Shown: positions 48,301-61,225 of the stretch, piece after piece
How positions within the stretch are numbered: the stretch's first letter is position 1
Layout of the letters: every line of letters begins with the position of its first letter
DNA from: Macrostomum lignano
Taxonomy: Eukaryota
Length of the DNA stretch: 64,000 bases
Assembly: GCA_002269645.1 (NCBI GenBank)
Contig: NIVC01000143.1
Span: forward strand, 434,001-498,000
Direction: 5' to 3'
Position numbers and translations under genes: made by a program
Notes under the pieces: model-generated
The model's database searches: none
What the model was told of the DNA's origin: nothing
What the model saw: only the letters and a program-made list of their open reading frames with translations

Positions 48301-51300
48301 GATATTCTTTTAACTTTTCCTGCAATATTGAAATCTTATTATTCTGCTCGGTAAAATCAGAATTTGGTTGTGAAGTCTGAGCAGACTCAACATTTACTGG
48401 CTTAGATTCGCCAAACGAAGTCAGAGTCGATTCAACCGATACTAAACGTTGTTGAACAGCTTCTACCAGTTTTTTCTGCTCAGCCTCAGCCTGGCGCAGT
48501 TGCTCCAACTGCTTTTGATAATCGCTCAAATGTTGTCGCAGATCAATCATTGCTTTTCGCCGTTTACCATCCTCGCCGCCGTCTTTTAGGCTAGCTGCAG
48601 AGGAGAGCACAGCTTCAATAGCTAGCAAGCGTTCTGAGATGCCACTGATTGTAGTTACTTGTTCAGACTCTGCCAGCTGCATTTGCTGGAGCAGCCTGTG
48701 CTGATTATCTAAGTCACTGGCCAGCTTAAGCCGCTCAGCAGTAGCATTCTCATGATTAGATGAAGCTATCAGGTGTACAGATTCGATACGCTCCGACATA
48801 GAAACGCTGGATTTTCTCAGCTCAATTTCAGACTTTAGCAACTGCGACAGCTGCTTCTGACAGGTCTCCATTAGGTTGCGAAGTTCCAGAAGCTGTTTCT
48901 CTCTGTCTGAGTCACTATTGCGCAATCCAGTTTTCACCTCTGAGACTAATTTTTCTACAGCAATTAAACGTTTGACAAAGGAGTCATCTGTCTCGATTTG
49001 TTGTACATCCGCCTGTTTCAACAAGTCAATCTGTCTCTGATAGTTGACAAGATTTTGTTGCAAATCAGATACAAGTTTTTGCTGGGCAACAGCATCATCA
49101 TTTTGCTGAGTGGATGACGATGAGGCTAGCTTAGATTCGACCACATCTAGTCGATCAGATACTGTGGCAGTCAGCTTTCGTTGTTCAGCTTCCACTTGTT
49201 GAAGCTGTGATACTTGATCTTTTAACTCGCCTAGTTGATGTCGAATCACATCGGAAATTTTCTCGCCCTCATTGCTCTTATCATCTTGCTTTCTCGTGCT
49301 CGTAGCAGATGACATTGACGTCTCTAAGCTGCTTAAACGTTTCGCAATGGCGGTTACCAGCTCTTGGTGTACAGAATCAGTCTGCTGCAGCGATTTCAAC
49401 TGCTTCTGATGCTGCTTCAACTGCTCATTGAACTCATTCATCAAATTACTTCGATCCTTGTTATCATTTGCTTCTTTCAATGTGGCAGATGCTACAGACG
49501 ATTCTAAAGTAGTCAAGCGACCAGACAGAGAGGTGGTGGATTCTCGCTGTTCATCACCATCTTTGCGCAGCTGTGCCAACTGCTTCTGGAAATCGGCCAT
49601 TTGCTGTTGCATATCCTGCTGCATCTTGTCTTGATTCTCCATAGAGGCTTTCTCAATAGCAGTGAGCCGATCAGCAACACTCGCAGCATTCTTTTTCTGC
49701 TCAGAATCTGCTTCTTTAAGCGACACAATCTCCTGGCTATAGTCATTTAACTGCTGTTGAATCTTTACAGTCAAAGCTTGATAGATTGCATCACCTTCGC
49801 TTGGTTTGACAACTGATTCAGTTGAAGAGGCTTTTGGAGGCATTTTTTCAATCGCAATAAGACGCTCGGATATGTCCGACGTCTGCTTGTTTAACTTCGA
49901 CTCAGAATTCATTAAAGCAGTTAGCTGCTTCTGCTGCTTCTCTAACTGCTGCTGAAGTAGCTCCGCAAGCTTCTGGCGTTCTTCATCACTTTTCTGCTCA
50001 ACCGAATCTAACCGTTTGGCCACTAAAGCTTCGCTTCCTTTCTGTTCTGAACTGGCTTTCTGCAAAAGTAGTATCATGCTTTTATGCTCAGCTATGTCAC
50101 GCTGCAAGTTTAATAAGGTCTGCTGCTGCTGCTTCTCAGCAATGGCAGACTCAGATGATGAGCCTTCAATTAATACCAAGCGATTATTAGTATCAGTGGC
50201 AAGCGACTTCTGCTCCAATAGTGTCTTCTGCAACAATGATAGCCGGTTTTCATACTCGCCCAACTGCTCTTTAACATCGACGGCCAGTTTTAAACGCTCT
50301 TTTTCAGCACCTTGCTGAGCACGCTGTTGCTCTGACACCGACCCAGATAGCGACTTCTCCGCTTTTTCAACGGTGTCTAACTGATTGACAGCAGCTGCGA
50401 TATGCTTAGCTTGCTCATCTGTAAGTTTTTTTAACGACGTTAACTGTTTCTCATGCTCGTTCCACTTCTGCTCACTACGCATTCTTTCATCGCTAACCCG
50501 TTGCGTCACAATGTCCATACGCCCTGACAGTTCACTCAAAATCTGTTGTCGAAGCTTGCCTGCCAAACTCAACTGCGCCTTCTCCAATTTACTAATCCTA
50601 TCCGACAAAGACGAGGTGAACTGCAGCTGATCCGCATCTGCTTGTCGTAAAACAGCAATTTGACGCTCAATTTCTGTGGAATTATTCTCGTCTGTAGAAT
50701 CCGAACCGACCACAACTTGGCTATTAGTCTGTTGAGCTAATCGCTGCAACAGCAGCTTCCTCTGCGCCTCATCATTCTCCCTCTGTTGGGCCAGCAGGTT
50801 CAACATGCTACGCATCTCTGTCAGCTCTTGATTCCAGCGCAGCTCCATGTTGGCAACAATTTTCGAATCGCAGCATCCTTGTTGACCGCCGACTGCATCT
50901 AGCGGAACTCCAGTGGAAGTGTGCGCAGTGGTACCATTGCTATTGCGCAGTGCAGCAAGAATCGGTGGCAATACGTACCACCAGACAGTTAGCAAAGCTA
51001 GCGGAAGAAATATTAGCAAACACAACAGCAATAGCAGAGTCGAACTAGAACAGAAACACCACGAGCTTTTGCGTTGAACATTCCGATAATGCTGCTGTCT
51101 AGTGACAGAAACCGCCGCAGACCTAGACGATGACACAGCAGTAACTGAATCTTTAACTGCCGATATTGCAGAAACCAGCGGAGCCAATACAAACTGAGCA
51201 GTCGCTTTTGCCAAATTGGCCGAGAAAGCTACTGCGGTGAGCAAACCGGAGACTATCTTTTGTTTAGTATTTGCCAGCATAGTTCTACTTGTTGTTGTTG

Positions 51301-53184
51301 TTGTTGTTGTTGTTGCTGTTCTAACAGTTGACGTGGTAGTCCTACTACTCAAACCAGAATTGTAAGCGTAGTCTGGTTGGTACCGAGCACCTTCATAGTA
51401 TTGCCTGCTCAGAGTGGCCTCAACCGTGCCTCTGTCTCCCTGGTGATCCTCATCGTCACTGCCATCATCATCATATTCATGAGCAGCATCTCCCGCTGTC
51501 AACGTATCGCCGTCGGCAGTTCGCAGCTTGAATCGGACAGATCGTCGACCACCAGAAGATGTCGACTTCAACGAAGCAACGCCGTGCAGCCGACAATCGA
51601 CGTGGCCGCAGTGGACGCCGCCTTCGGCCCGGCAGCGCGATCTGAGCACACGATCCGACTCGCTGCTGCCGTGCAGCGACAGAGTTGACGCTGAAAATCT
51701 TCGACGCTCACGGATGCCAATGCCGCTGCTGCCGACGCTGCCGCTGGCAGTCGAGGCCGACGAGGAGCCAACGATGCTAACGGGGCTGACTGGAGCAACT
51801 GCAATGTGGCGTTTGCGGGAATAAATTTATACTTCAAAATGCTTTGCAAGTTTGCATATGTAGTGCAGTGAATCAGGAATTAGGGCGTTAATTAGAGGCG
51901 CCAAACCTGGATTAAAAGGGCGCCGAAACTGAATTAAGGGGCGCCGAATCTGGATTAAGGGGCGCCGAATCTGGATTAAGAGGTGCTGAATCTGGATTAA
52001 GAGGCCACCGAACCTGGATTAAGAGACCACCGAATCTGGATTAAGAGGCCACCGAACCAGGAGTAAGGGGCGCTGAATCTGGATTAAGGGGCGCCGAATC
52101 TGGATTAAGAGATGCTGAATCTCGATTAAGAGGCCACCGAACCAGGAGTAAGGGGCGCTGAATCTGGATTAAGAGGCCACCAAATCTGGATTAAGAGATG
52201 CTGAATCTCGATTAAGAGGCCACCGAACCTGGATTAAGAGACCACCGAATCTGGATTAAGAGGCCACCGAACCAGGATTAAGGGGTGCTGAATCTGGATT
52301 AAGAGGCCAACGAACCTGGATTAAGAGGTGCTGAATCTGGATTAAGAGGCCACCGAACCTGGATTAAGAGACCACCGAATCTGGATTAAGAGGCCACCGA
52401 ACCAGGATTAAGGGGTGCTGAATCTGGATTAAGAGGCCACCGAACCTGGATTAAGAGACCACCGAATCTGGATTAAGAGGCCACCGAACCTGGATTAAAA
52501 GACCACCGAATCTGGATTAAGACACTTAATCCAAATTTTCGGATTTTCAAAATGACAATTCACAATCCAAACAAATTAAAAGTCAAAAACACGGATGACT
52601 TACTGTTGAAAGGACTGGGCGAGCCAGCAAAACAGCCAGCCGTGTTGCCAGGTGGGCTGTGCAAAGGTGATCGACTCAAATTCGGACTGCGCCAATTACG
52701 GTGCAGCAACTCGGTCTGATAGCTGCCGCTGTAAAGTAGTATATTAAGCAATCATAATCATCATTATTATTATTTATTAAACTACACTTTTAGCATAACA
52801 ACAACAACACTATACTACTTAGCAGTAACCTTACCTGTAAGCGTAGGTGTAATTAGATTTGGGCGATCTGGAAAAATAAATGTTAATATTAAATACATAA
52901 ATGATCTAAAAACCATATACTACTACTAATTAGCTGTAGTAAGTAGTAAAAAACAACTCACACTTCGTGATAAAGTCTGTGATCGTTTGGGTTTAAGTAG
53001 GAAAATGTCTCATTCAGCGATGACAGCTCCTCGAATCTATAAAAAAACACAAGTTGTTGCATCAATATTAGAGCTTATTTTGCCTTTATACTACTTTTTC
53101 GGGCTTGAAATAAGTAGTTAAAACAGCTTAAATGAATTTCCAGACTTACGCTGAGGAGCCGTCAGGTGAACCGAAGGCTGACAT
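45312..53184 (-). CDS. Giant SUN-domain inner nuclear membrane protein (SUN1-like LINC component, ~1,928 aa)
   Basis: Exons 53184-53150, 53036-52962, 52867-52835, 52728-52604, 51798-46622, 45653-45312, all GT-AG and phase-compatible (5,787 nt). N-terminal NYTYAYSGSY/SPNLSRSPL resembles the SUN1 N-terminal motif. One TM segment, a long coiled coil, then a SUN domain (PDFALHSAGA, PDTNLGECWAFQG, VTIDH, SSAPRNFSVYG, SNHGNEMYTCLYRFRVHG). Confidence 0.93.
45755..46560. repeat. 12-nt minisatellite (cactgagacaga) filling the last SUN intron
   Basis: Tandem units within intron 45654-46621. Confidence 0.95.
51895..52522. repeat. 21-23-nt minisatellite (gaatctggattaagaggccacc) filling SUN intron 4
   Basis: Tandem units within intron 51799-52603. 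Confidence 0.95.
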
Positions 53185-53994
53185 AAACCAGACACACTCG
53201 CGAAGATAGCTGAAATTATCATTTGTTATCATATTTGAACTACTTTTAGTAGTGAAAACGTGCTACATACGAAAATTAATTTATAATTAACTAAATTGAT
53301 ACGAGTCTGATTTTATCTGCGCAGCGGCTGTAATTAGCATTTGACCTTTTATTACACCCCCCCCCTGCTGAACCACTCCCGGACACGCGCAATTAAATCT
53401 AAGCACCAAAGTCAATTACCGGTCCGACAAAATTTCAATTTCAATTTTAATAATAAAAATCTAATTGTCGCTTAATTAGGCCCTTTTTAAATTAAAAACA
53501 AGCAGGTGACTTCAAGTGAAGATAGGAATGATTTTTCAACCAATCAAAAAACAACAGGTTTTTATTTTCAAAATAAATAGAAGCAATAGAAGCTAGTCTA
53601 GAGAAAATCAAAACAGAAAATCACATATTTAAGCCTTTTATAATACAGTATAACAAGCAACAGGAGTACAGGACGGACCGAAAACATCGCTTGAGATCTT
53701 GAATTTTTTGTTTCTTTGAAAAAAATAGCAGTTTCTCGGTATTGTAAAATTACTGCAGAGTATAAAAACATTTATTCTTATAGGAGAAAAATAAAAAGAA
53801 AAACTACATTAGGATATAAGAAAGCAAAATTGGATTTGATAAATAAACATAATAGAAGTGTATCACAGCTTTAAACAAATTTTAGCAATCATGCTTATCG
53901 GCAGTTCCCACAGTAGTTATTATTAAAATTTAATTATGTAGAGATTCCAATTCATAGATATTTATCTTTAATCTGTCTGATTAAAAGATTCTGA

Positions 53995-56900
53995 CATTGA
54001 GTTCACTGTCAGTGACCAGTGTTTAGACTATTGAGTTCACTGTCAGTGACCATTGTGTTTAGACTATTGAGTTCACTGTCAGTGACCATTGTGTTTAGAC
54101 TATTGAGTTCACTGTCAGTGACCATTGTGTTTAGACTATTGAGTTCACTGTCAGTGACCAGTGTTTAGACTATTGAGTTCACTGTCAGTGACCATTGTGT
54201 TTAGACTATTGAGTTCACTGTCACTGACCATTGTGTTTAGACTATTGAGTTCACTGTCAGTGACCAGTGTTTAGACTATTGAGTTCACTGTCAGTGACCA
54301 TTGTGTTTAGACTATTGAGTTCACTGTCACTGACCATTGTGTTTAGACTATTGAGTTCACTGTCAGTGACCATTGTGTTTAGACTATTGAGTTCACTGTC
54401 ACTGACCATTGTGTTTAGACTATTGAGTTCACTGTCAGTGACCATTGTGTTTAGACTATTGAGTTCACTGTCGGTGACCATTGTGTTTAGACTATTGAGT
54501 TCACTGTCAGTGACCATTGTGTTTAGACTATTGAGTTCACTGTCAGTGACCAGTGTTTAGACTATTGAGTTCACTGTCAGTGACCAGTGTTTAGACTATT
54601 GAGTTCACTGTCAGTGACCAGTGTTTAGACTATTGAGTTCACTGTCACTGACCATTGTGTTTAGACTATTGAGTTCACTGTCAGTGACCATTGTGTTTAG
54701 ACTATTGAGTTCACTGTCACTGACCATTGTGTTTAGACTATTGAGTTCACTGTCAGTGACCATTGTGTTTAGACTATTGAGTTCACTGTCACTGACCATT
54801 GTGTTTAGACTATTGAGTTCACTGTCAGTGACCAGTGTTTAGACTATTGAGTTCACTGTCAGTGACCATTGTGTTTAGACTATTGAGTTCACTGTCACTG
54901 ACCATTGTGTTTAGACTATTGAGTTCACTGTCAGTGACCATTGTGTTTAGACTATTGAGTTCACTGTCGGTGACCATTGTGTTTAGACTATTGAGTTCAC
55001 TGTCAGTGACCATTGTGTTTAGACTATTGAGTTCACTGTTAGTGACCATTGTGTTTAGACTATTGAGTTCACTGTCAGTGACCATTGTGTTTAGACTATT
55101 GAGTTCACTGTCACTGACCATTGTGTTTAGACTATTGAGTTCACTGTCAGTGACCATTGTGTTTAGACTATTGAGTTCACTGTCACTGACCATTGTGTTT
55201 AGACTATTGAGTTCACTGTCAGTGACCATTGTGTTTAGACTATTGAGTTCACTGTCGGTGACCATTGTGTTTAGACTATTGAGTTCACTGTCAGTGACCA
55301 TTGTGTTTAGACTATTGAGTTCACTGTTAGTGACCATTGTGTTTAGACTATTGAGTTCACTGTCAGTGACCATTGTGTTTAGACTATTGAGTTCACTGTC
55401 AGTGACCATTGTGTTTAGACTATTGAGTTCACTGTCAGTGACCAGTGTTTAGACTATTGAGTTCACTGTCACTGACCATTGCGTTTAGACTATTGAGTTC
55501 ACTGTCAGTGACCATTGTGTTTAGACTATTGAGTTCACTGTCACTGACCATTGTGTTTAGACTATTGAGTTCACTGTCAGTGACCATTGTGTTTAGACTA
55601 TTGAGTTCACTGTCACTGACCATTGTGTTTAGACTATTGAGTTCACTGTCAGTGACCATTGTGTTTAGACTATTGAGTTCACTGTCGGTGACCATTGTGT
55701 TTAGACTATTGAGTTCACTGTCAGTGACCATTGTGTTTAGACTATTGAGTTCACTGTTAGTGACCATTGTGTTTAGACTATTGAGTTCACTGTCACTGAC
55801 CATTGTGTTTAGACTATTGAGTTCACTGTCAGTGACCATTGTGTTTAGACTATTGAGTTCACTGTCGGTGACCATTGTGTTTAGACTATTGAGTTCACTG
55901 TCAGTGACCATTGTGTTTAGACTATTGAGTTCACTGTCAGTGACCATTGTGTTTAGACTATTGAGTTCACTGTCAGTGACCATTGTGTTTAGACTATTGA
56001 GTTCACTGTCAGTGACCATTGTGTTTAGACTATTGAGTTCACTGTCACTGACCATTGTGTTTAGACTATTGAGTTCACTGTCAGTGACCATTGTGTTTAG
56101 ACTATTGAGTTCACTGTCAGTGACCATTGTGTTTAGACTTTGGGTTCACTTCCAGTGACCATTGTGTTTAGACTATTGAGTTCACTGTCAGTGACCATTG
56201 TGTTTAGACTATTGAGTTCACTGTCGGTGACCATTGTGTTTAGACTATTGAGTTCACTGTCAGTGACCATTGTGTTTAGACTATTGAGTTCACTGTTAGT
56301 GACCATTGTGTTTAGACTATTGAGTTCACTGTCAGTGACCATTGTGTTTAGACTATTGAGTTCACTGTCAGTGACCATTGTGTTTAGACTATTGAGTTCA
56401 CTGTCACTGACCATTGTGTTTAGACTATTGAGTTCACTGTCAGTGACCATTGTGTTTAGACTATTGAGTTCACTGTCAGTGACCATTGTGTTTAGACTTT
56501 GGGTTCACTTCCAGTGACTGTCGTTTAGATTTTGGTTTTTACCATTGTGTTTAGATATTGGGTTTCCTGTCAGAGACCATTGTGTTTAGATATTGGGTTC
56601 ACTGTCAGAGACCATTGTGTTTAGATATTGGGTTCACTGTCAGAGACCATTGTGTTTAGATATTAGGTTTCCTGTCAGAGACCATTGTGTTTAGATATTG
56701 GGTTCACTGTCAGAGACCATTGTGTTTAGATATTGGGTTCACTGTCAGAGACCATTGTGTTTAGATATTAGGTTTCCTGTCAGAGACCATTGTGTTTAGA
56801 TATTGGGTTCACTGTCAGAGACCATTGTGTTTAGATATTAGGTTTCCTGTCAGAGACCATTGTGTTTAGATATTGGGTTCACTGTCAGAGACCATTGTGT

Positions 56901-57240
56901 TCAGATATTGGTTTCACTGTCAGAGACCATTGTGTTTAGATATTGGGTTTCCTGTCAGAGACCATTGTGTTTAGATATTGGGTTTCCTGTCAGAGACCAT
57001 TGTGTTTAGATATTGGGTTCACTGTCAGAGACCATTGCGTTTAGATATTGGGTTTCCTGTCAGAGACCATTTTGTTTAGATATTGGGTTTCCTGTCAGAG
57101 ACCATTGTGTTTAGATATTGGGTTTCCTGTCAGAGACCATTGTGTTTAGATATTGGGTTCACTGTCAGAGACCATTGTGTTTAGATATTGGGTTTCCTGT
57201 CAGAGACCAATTTTTAGCTATTGGGTTCACTGACAGTGAC
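53995..57240. repeat. 3.2-kb satellite: ~70 x 36-nt units (gagttcactgtcagtgaccattgtgtttagactatt), then ~20 x 35-nt variant units
   Basis: Highly homogeneous array with no spacers; subfamily switch at about 56520. Confidence 0.98.
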
Positions 57241-57412
57241 CATTTGAAAAGTTTGGTTTTACAATGAGGAGCCTATCTAGACTGATTCTTACTAAAAAAT
57301 TAACAACAAAAACTTCGCATTTAGAAAGATAAAAGAAAAAATCATAAAACTTCAAGTCATCACAAAAAAGAGTGCTCAGCCGCAATGGATCATCAGATGA
57401 GCTCAATCAGTT

Positions 57413-60400
57413 TTAATTCAGCCGAAACCGCCTATCCTGCGGCACTTGATCTCCGTACACAGGTGCCGTGAACCTGTACAACCGGTAGTCCACATCCCTG
57501 TTCACCTGGGACAGGCACCAGCGATCGTCAACGCTGTAAGCTCGCACATCCGTGTCGTCTTCGCGCAGGCGACCGCTGGATCCCAGCAGTTCAGCGTACG
57601 CAGCTGCACAGCTGGCATCCGTGAGGTCGTTGCCCCAGATGAACAGCCGCTCCAGACTGGTGTTGTACTTGAGCGAATCCGCCACAGCCACCAGGCCGTC
57701 GCTTTTAATCTCGTTAAATTTGATAACCAAACAGCGCAGATTGGTGTTGGCGCCGATCAGTGCGCTAGCGATGCACTTGGCGCCGTCGCATTCCAGCCGG
57801 TTGTAGGACAGATCCAGCAGTTGCAGTGGCGTGTCGCGACACAGCACATTGGCAAGCACTTTGGCGCCGTCCCGGGTGATGCGGTTGCAGCTGAGATCCA
57901 GCACCGTCAGGGCGCGGTTGGCAACAAGGCCATCGGCGATGCGATTGGCGCCAAAGTCGCGCATCTCGTATTTGGCCAGATGAAGCTCGCGGAGGCTGCG
58001 GTTCTGGGCCAGCATCTCGCCCATGTGCACCTGCGGGTGAGGAGCGGGGACTGGGTTCAGGGCTGTGGTGACGCTGGTTCAGGGCTGTGGTGATGATAGC
58101 TTCAGGGCTGTTGTGATGTAGCTTCAGGACTGTGGTGATTATAGCTTCAGAACTGTGGTGATGATATAGCTTCAGGGCTGTGGTGACGATAGCTTCAGGG
58201 TTGTGGTTATGATAGCTTCAGGGTTGTGGTGCTGATAGCTTCAGGGCTGTGGTGATTATAGCTTCAGGGCTGTGGTGATTATAGCTTCAGGACTGTGGTG
58301 ATGATAGCTTCAGGGTTGTGGTGATGATAGCTTCAGGGCTGTGGTGACGATAGCTTCAGGGTTGTGGTGATGATAGCTTCAGGGTTGTGGTGATGATAGC
58401 TTCAGGGCTGTGGTGATTATAGCTTCAGGGCTGTGGTGATGATAGCTTCAGGGCTGTAGTAGTGATATACGTTCAGTGGTGGCTGTGAAGACACTTGCAT
58501 TTAGTGAAATAAAGTAAGTAGCTGAGATTAGAAGGCTAGAGATTAGACCCAGTCAGTCAGTACAGAAATGTCCATTAGATCAACTGTGACCAGTTAAAAA
58601 CTGTGCCAATCGATATAAATATAGGAGCTAACAAAGCCAGGAACTAAATTTATGAGATTGACCAGTGTAAGTCTTATTGAGCACTGACTAGAATTCATAT
58701 GGACTATTTGATTTGATTTTATTGATTTCTCTTCCATATAAGTAGTGCACTTGTCTGACTTCACATTGCGTAGGCGGCCTCCACAACCTCCCACTGTCGC
58801 GCACAGCACAGAAGATTTCACTCAACACGTCAACCCACACACTCGCACTGACACTAGTTAGACAAAACTGCTACAAATGCTTATAAAGACTATAAGACTG
58901 TACCCAAGACAGGAAACGCCTTTAAACGATCTGTCTTAGTTAACGAGTTCTATATTGTATTTGACTGTATGGCCTCTACATGCACTTTTTCGTGGCAATT
59001 GGAATTGCATTTGACAAAATTTTAACTTCAATACCCAAATGGACTGCAAAAAAGATAAATACTTATCACTTGTCAAGAGAAATTTAGAAATCAGATGAAT
59101 GGTTATACTTAATGGTGCCACTACATCTTAATCGTTGCTGCCACTACTCTTACTGAACCTGCAGTGTATCTAGCTAATAAATTACCTGAATCTGAACCCG
59201 CTACCTGAATATTTTATCTGAAACCCTACCTAAAGGTCCTCTATCTGAGCCCCTACCTGAACCTTCTATCTGAGCCCCTACCTGAACCTCCTGCCTGAGC
59301 CCCTACCTGATCCTTCAGTCTGAGCCCCTACCTGATCCTTCAGTCTGAACCTTCTATCTCAACGCCTACCTGAACCCCTACCCTGAACCTTCTATCTGAA
59401 CCTTCTATCTGAACCTTCTATCTGAACCTCCACAGTCTGAACGCCTACCTGAACCTTCTATCTGAACCTTCTATCTGAAACTTCTATCTGAACCTTCTAT
59501 CTGAACCTTCTATCTGAACCTTCTATCTGAACCTTCTATCTGAACCTTCTATCTGAACCTTCTATCTGAACCTTCTATCTGAACCTCCACAGTCTGAACG
59601 CCTACCTGAACCTTCTATCTGAACCTTCTATCTGATCCTTCAGTCTGAACCTTCTATCTCAACGCCTACCTGAACCCCTACCCTGAACCTTCTATCTGAA
59701 CCTTCTATCTGAACCTTCTATCTGAACCCCTACCTGATCCTTCAGTCTGAACCTTCTATCTCAACGCCTACCTGAACCTCCTCTGTCAGAGCCCCTACCT
59801 AAACCTCCAGTCTAAACCCCTACCCTGAACCAGTTACCCGAACCTTCAACAATGCGGCACTCACAGTGGTCTCCTCCTGCTGAGTCCACAGCAGCGGCCT
59901 ATTAACATTGATACCACGCAGCGAATCGTTATACTTGAGCACAGTTGACAGAGCAATCACGGCATTAATTTTCAAATCGCAATCACCGAGATCTAGAAAC
60001 TCCAACGTAGCATTAACCTGCAGCGCCTCGGCAAACAGCATCCCACCAGCATCATTGATTTTATTGCCAGCCAAATTCAGCTCCAACAAGGTCTGGTTGG
60101 TGTGCAACGATTTAGCAATAGCCTTGGCGCCGGCCTCTCCAACATTGTTGCACATCAGGTTGAGCATGGTAATAGTTTTATTACTACTCAACATATCGGC
60201 AATGGCTTCGGCACCAGAGTCTCCAATGGAATTATAACGCAGATCCACGCAGACAAAAATTGTGCTGGAACGCAGAGTCCGGCACAGCACTGCAGCATCA
60301 GCATCAACCAGACGAATATTTCTAGTATTTGACAGCTTATTATTGGCGCACAATTTCAAATCGAATGTTTCAACATTGTCATCAAATGCGGATTCATCTT

Positions 60401-60503
60401 TGAGACGTTGGAGCACGTCGAGAACAAACGCATTGGCAGATAATTGGCTGGCTTTGCAATTCTCAATATAGCTGACAACTGTGTCATATATTGTTTCAGC
60501 CAT
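57413..60503 (-). CDS. LRRC34: Leucine-rich repeat-containing protein 34 (418 aa)
   Basis: Exons 60503-59865 and 58030-57413 (phase 0). RI-like LRRs and LRRC34-type segments LDLGDCDL, INVNRPLLWTQQEETTVHMGEML, DLSCNRIT, FIWGNDL, DTDVRAYSVD. Confidence 0.93.
58065..58460. repeat. 23-nt minisatellite (gatagcttcagggctgtggtgat) near the LRRC34 acceptor
   Basis: Tandem units. Confidence 0.94.
59180..59830. repeat. 13-nt minisatellite (ctgaaccttctat) near the LRRC34 donor
   Basis: Tandem units with larger duplicated blocks. Confidence 0.94.
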
Positions 60504-60844
60504 CGCTGCGCTTGCTGGATAAAAATGGGATTATTTTTTAAGTCATTTCTCTGGTGTCTGTCTGTGACTCTGTGCACATGAATGCATCTGGCAAGTTGTC
60601 TGATAATGTTGATTTAAGTGCAAAATGGTGCACTTCTTGCCTCGAATAAAAAAACAAATAATTATATCAATATAATGCAAATAAAATTACTTGAAGACAT
60701 TAAGGTCAAGCTATCCAAGAATCATGCCACAAGGGTCAAGATTAATGGGATTCATATGCATCTAAAATCTAGCTAACCCAGGGATTGGCAAACATTTTTA
60801 CCTCAAGGGCTGGATGAAGAATCCAGCTCAAAGCTATGGGGCCA

Positions 60845-61225
60845 GATGAGAGAAGAAAGGGGAGGGTAATAGAAGAGATAAGAAACAAAACAAGATGAGA
60901 TAACAGGGGAGAGACAAGAGAAGGGAGAGAAGAGAGAGGAGAGAGAGGAGAGAGGGGAGAAAGGGGAGAAAGGGGAGGGGAAAGAGGAAAGAGAAGAAAA
61001 GAGAGGGGAGAGCGGAGAGGGAGATAGAGGGGGGAAAGGAGAGGGGGAAAGGAGAGGAGAGAGGAAAGGGAGATAAAGGGGAGAGGAGAGGGAGATGGGA
61101 GATAGATGGGAGAGAGGAGAGAGGAGGAGAAGAGTGAGAGGAGTGAAGAAAGGGGGAGAAGAGAGGGGATAGAAGAGAGGAAAGTGGAGAGGGGGCAGAG
61201 GGGATAAGAAAGAGTAGAGAAAAGA
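60845..61225. repeat. Low-complexity purine-rich tract
   Basis: Mostly G/A, no fixed unit. Confidence 0.85.

Noticed and set aside
53995-57240. CRISPR array (36-nt palindromic repeat)
   Set aside because: Units are contiguous with no unique spacers, there are no cas genes, and the context is eukaryotic.
57446-58093. 215-aa + strand ORF, and other antisense ORFs within the TRP, SUN, CD36 and LRRC34 exons
   Set aside because: Shadow ORFs opposite GC-rich coding exons.
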